NCBI RefSeq assembly: GCF_014280175.1
Contig: NZ_CP047931.1
Location: forward strand, 1,560,001-1,592,000
DNA from: Synechococcus sp. A15-28
GTDB lineage: Bacteria; Cyanobacteriota; Cyanobacteriia; PCC-6307; Cyanobiaceae
Reading direction: 5' to 3'
Length of the DNA stretch: 32,000 nt
Part shown: one piece after another, positions 29,462-32,000 of the stretch
How positions within the stretch are numbered: position 1 is the first letter of the stretch
How the letters are laid out: each line of letters starts with the position of its first letter
Notes under the pieces: model-generated
What the model saw: the letters and a program-made list of their open reading frames with translations, nothing else
What the model was told of the DNA's origin: nothing
Databases searched by the model: none
Translations under genes and position numbers: made by a program

Positions 29462-29970
29462 GCGGATTGCCTGCTAAGGGCTACTCCACCTAGTAGATGA
29501 TTCAGGTTGACCCCCGCATCAAACGCGGCACTGTGAAGATCCGAGCGTTGTTCCTCGCTGAGTCCGTCCCAGAAGGCATAGGCCAGGTCGATCGATGCCT
29601 TACCGAGGCCAACTACACCGATCAGGCTGAGAGGAAAACCCAACCAGGGGAACACCAGAAGCACCACGCTGAAAACCGCACTTACGGCTGCTCCCTGCTT
29701 AGTGGTTTCCCAGACGCTCGCCACAATTGCCTGAACTTGGGTTCTCCGATCTATCTCGCCGCGCTTGCGCATGGCTTCAGTTCGGAGACCCGTTAGCAAG
29801 GCTTGGTAGATGGCGAACACGAGCATTCCGCCAACGGTGCTTTCGCCAACGAATTCACCACCGGTCAGCGTGCCACGGTTCCCGTTGAGATCGATGGAGG
29901 CCAAGCCGGCCATTGGTGCAATCTCCCAGCCAGCGCGTGGAATCCGGTAGGGGTCGCGTTCTCGGGACAT
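29458..29970 (-). CDS. uncharacterised membrane protein
   Basis: 170 aa; GMLVFAIYQALLTGL and AVSAVFSVVLLVFPWLGFPLSLIGVVGLG. Confidence 0.7.
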   Translation of the reverse strand: MSRERDPYRIPRAGWEIAPMAGLASIDLNGNRGTLTGGEFVGESTVGGMLVFAIYQALLTGLRTEAMRKRGEIDRRTQVQAIVASVWETTKQGAAVSAVFSVVLLVFPWLGFPLSLIGVVGLGKASIDLAYAFWDGLSEEQRSDLHSAAFDAGVNLNHLLGGVALSRQSA

Positions 29971-30076
29971 GGTGGTCGTTTCGTCTGGGGAGCTTTTTTA
30001 AGTGTTGCTTGCCCGTAAGCCGATGCTCAGTTCTTCGTGCGAATAACTAATGGATGGTCTGCATCACTCAGTTTTC

Positions 30077-30838
30077 TCAGAGCCAAGAAACCGTGTCTTG
30101 AGTTGGTTCTTCGCTAATGCGGTGAGGGCAGATTTCGGCAAGGCGGCAGAAGCGGCACTCGTTAGTAGATGGGGATGGCTCAGGTTGTAGCCCAACTGTG
30201 AGGCTCAACAAATCTGACAACTGTTGTTGGAATGCCACCCCGGCTTCGGGTGCAGGGATTTCAACTCGATCTCCATTCGCATACACCAATTCACCGCAGG
30301 GTGGATGTTGGACGCCCTCCAGTGCATTGGCATATGGCGCTAAGGCCATATACGTAAGGACTTGGGCACGATCTTTGCCGCGTGGGCGACCTGTTTTTGC
30401 ATCCGAGATAACCCCTGGCATGGAGTCTGTCTCGCTGACCACCACATCACACTGCCCATGGATGGTGACACCGTCCTTGCTACGTAGGCGTAAGGCGTTC
30501 TCCTGCTCAACATGAACGATTCGTCCCTTGTCTGAGTGGGTCCGAGCAACGGCTTGGAGTAGCCGTTCATGCTTGGTCACCCAATCACCCGGGACTCCTG
30601 AAGATTTGGGCGTGCAGTAATTGACCTGAAGGAAGAGATTGAGAAGACAATGCCTTTCGCCTGCCAAGTACGGAGCCAGCCAAGTGACATGGCAATAGCG
30701 CTCTTGACGTTGTTCCAGACTTAATACTTGGGACTTCAATTTTCTGTTTTCGAGGGCCAGGTCAAGATGCCAGCGACTTGTGAAGTCGGAGCTTCTTCTC
30801 GTGCGAACAACGGATTGAGGTCGAGGAATATGCGCCAT
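30077..30838 (-). CDS. PD-(D/E)XK nuclease, Cas4/RecB-like with Cys cluster
   Basis: 253 aa; HGQCDVVVSETDSMPGVISDAKTGRPRGKDRAQVLTYM (D...DAK...Q..Y) and C-terminal CRFCRLAEICPHR. Confidence 0.8.
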   Translation of the reverse strand: MAHIPRPQSVVRTRRSSDFTSRWHLDLALENRKLKSQVLSLEQRQERYCHVTWLAPYLAGERHCLLNLFLQVNYCTPKSSGVPGDWVTKHERLLQAVARTHSDKGRIVHVEQENALRLRSKDGVTIHGQCDVVVSETDSMPGVISDAKTGRPRGKDRAQVLTYMALAPYANALEGVQHPPCGELVYANGDRVEIPAPEAGVAFQQQLSDLLSLTVGLQPEPSPSTNECRFCRLAEICPHRISEEPTQDTVSWL

Positions 30839-31155
30839 CTAAAGATCCAAGAGAGTCGAGATATGTCTTTCCATGCCTTGTTCAGTGCTGCACCGGGGCT
30901 TGCCGTTTACTTCCGGAAAAAGAGTTTTTATTGATGGATGTTGGTTGAAATCACTTCGGTGGCGCCGGGCTTGAAGAGGTCATTTGCAGCACTGTTTCAA
31001 CCTTCTACTGGTATTGATGAACTGGCTTCAAGGGGCTTTGGGATCGGTCGATGGCGCAGCCTGAGGCATCACCTTGAAGCCGGAACCGTCCTTCAAGGGC
31101 GAGAGCTTCCTTCTGTGATGGCCGCGGCCAGCTAGAGATCTTCCTGGATGACCTC

Positions 31156-31794
31156 GTGCGCGAGGGCGGGTCTCCGCAGTTGATGGCAATGGTGCTTGAG
31201 CACCTGGCCGATCAACGAGAGGCTCTACAGCGGGAGCGCGATGGCTGGAGCTTTGTGTGGTCGGGACCTGAGCCTGCCCATGCCAAGACAGCTGACACTT
31301 TCGCCACAGTGGATCAGCTCATCCAACAGGCACAGACGAGCCTCCTGATCGCGACTTACAACATCGGCCTCTCCAATCAGTTTCAAGAGCTGTTGGAGTC
31401 AATCGCGGACCGGCTAGGCAGCGGCCAGCTTCAGCGGGTGGAGTTGTTCTTTCATCCGATTCAGATCGCCGATCGCCTGGGCTCCGATCCACTGCGAATG
31501 ATCCGGCAGTGGTTCGACAAGGAGGTGTGGCCTTGGCCGGCCAAGCCACTCATATACGTCGATCAAAGACTGTCTTCAGGGGCTGCTGAGCGCTGCTGTC
31601 AGCACGCCAAGGTTGTTGTCGCTGATGCCGACACAGAACAATCGAGCGCTCTTGTCACTAGTGCCAACTTCAGCGAGGCGGCGCAGCGCCACAACTTCGA
31701 AGCCGGTTGGCTCGTTCGAGAACCGTGGCGCGCTGATCAGGTGGCCAAGCACTTCCGCCAGATGGTTGCGGAGGGGTTGTTCCTCCAGGTCTGA
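31156..31794 (+). CDS. phospholipase D-like protein, DrmC-like (DISARM-associated family)
   Basis: 212 aa from GTG; WSFVWSGPEP, single HKD-like HAKVVVAD, LVTSANFSEAAQRHNFEAGWLVREPW. The frame stays open upstream to 31078 without ATG/GTG/TTG; the 5' end is doubtful. Confidence 0.75.
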   Translation: MREGGSPQLMAMVLEHLADQREALQRERDGWSFVWSGPEPAHAKTADTFATVDQLIQQAQTSLLIATYNIGLSNQFQELLESIADRLGSGQLQRVELFFHPIQIADRLGSDPLRMIRQWFDKEVWPWPAKPLIYVDQRLSSGAAERCCQHAKVVVADADTEQSSALVTSANFSEAAQRHNFEAGWLVREPWRADQVAKHFRQMVAEGLFLQV

Positions 31795-31847
31795 GGCTGA
31801 GCGGATTTCAGCCCTTGTGCTGTTACAGGTTCAACCACCGTAGACTT

Positions 31848-32000
31848 ATGGAACAAGCGGTTGGATGCGTGTTGTCTTCGCCTGATTGCCCTCTGAACCC
31901 AGTTCGTTGGCTCGCCTATTACCGGGTCAGTACAGATCGCCAGGGAAACTCCGGTCTGGGCCTCGAAGCGCAGCGGGCCAAGGTTGAAGTCATGGCTTCC
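31848..32000 (+). CDS. serine recombinase/resolvase-family protein, N-terminus (cut by window edge)
   Basis: Hand translation MEQAVGCVLSSPDCPLNPVRWLAYYRVSTDRQGNSGLGLEAQRAKVEVMAS; YxRVSTDRQ...SGLGLEAQR is the catalytic-Ser motif region. Confidence 0.85.
   Translation, partial: MEQAVGCVLSSPDCPLNPVRWLAYYRVSTDRQGNSGLGLEAQRAKVEVMAS

Larger units (their letters stand above)
22538..32000. mobile_element. integrative genomic island, left part; right end beyond window
   Basis: Begins at the broken yjbQ; holds RHH protein, SF3 primase-helicase, PNK-WYL, nuclease, PLD and serine recombinase genes; locally more AT-rich than the flank. Confidence 0.75.

Noticed and set aside
30728-30934. 68-aa plus-strand ORF over the start of the Cas4-like gene
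   Set aside because: Overlaps a better supported minus-strand CDS; no motif. I treat it as spurious.
30938-31135. 65-aa plus-strand ORF treated as its own gene
   Set aside because: No stand-alone motif; more economically explained as the displaced N-terminus of the DrmC-like gene, though unproven.

Overview
The window reads as a marine picocyanobacterial chromosome (Synechococcus/Cyanobium-like). The family calls supporting this are psb27, rpoD, hemC, purA, proS, DUF2854 and others. It has two parts. (1) Positions 1 to ~22.5 kb are compact, GC-rich core genome: Spx/ArsC-like reductase, 2Fe-2S ferredoxin, a divergent inorganic pyrophosphatase, proS, psb27, purA, PfkB kinase, cutA, cobK, single-strand DNA-binding protein, DUF2854, argB, DUF3153-like protein, priA, rpoD, a Yfr1-like sRNA candidate, hemC, L,D-transpeptidase, 2OG-Fe dioxygenase, canonical ppa, M32 carboxypeptidase, and a DCC-family protein. 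(2) From ~22.54 kb to the window end is a mobile/accessory island that abuts an interrupted 5' fragment of a YjbQ-family gene. Left to right it carries a ribbon-helix-helix protein, a D5/P4-like SF3 primase-helicase with an unassigned N-terminus, and an eight-copy CAAACGG/CCGTTTG iteron-like cluster that is a candidate replication origin. Next come a polynucleotide-kinase-like/wHTH/WYL fusion and a minus-strand cluster of four genes: Cas4/RecB-like nuclease, two small membrane proteins, and a protein with a HEPN-like RxxxxH motif and an HRDC-like tail. It ends with a DrmC-like PLD protein that is possibly frameshifted, and the start of a serine recombinase. The best candidate for an undescribed system is the 25.4-31.8 kb cargo, probable defence or element biology. 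All functional calls come from reading sequence motifs; no database search was run.
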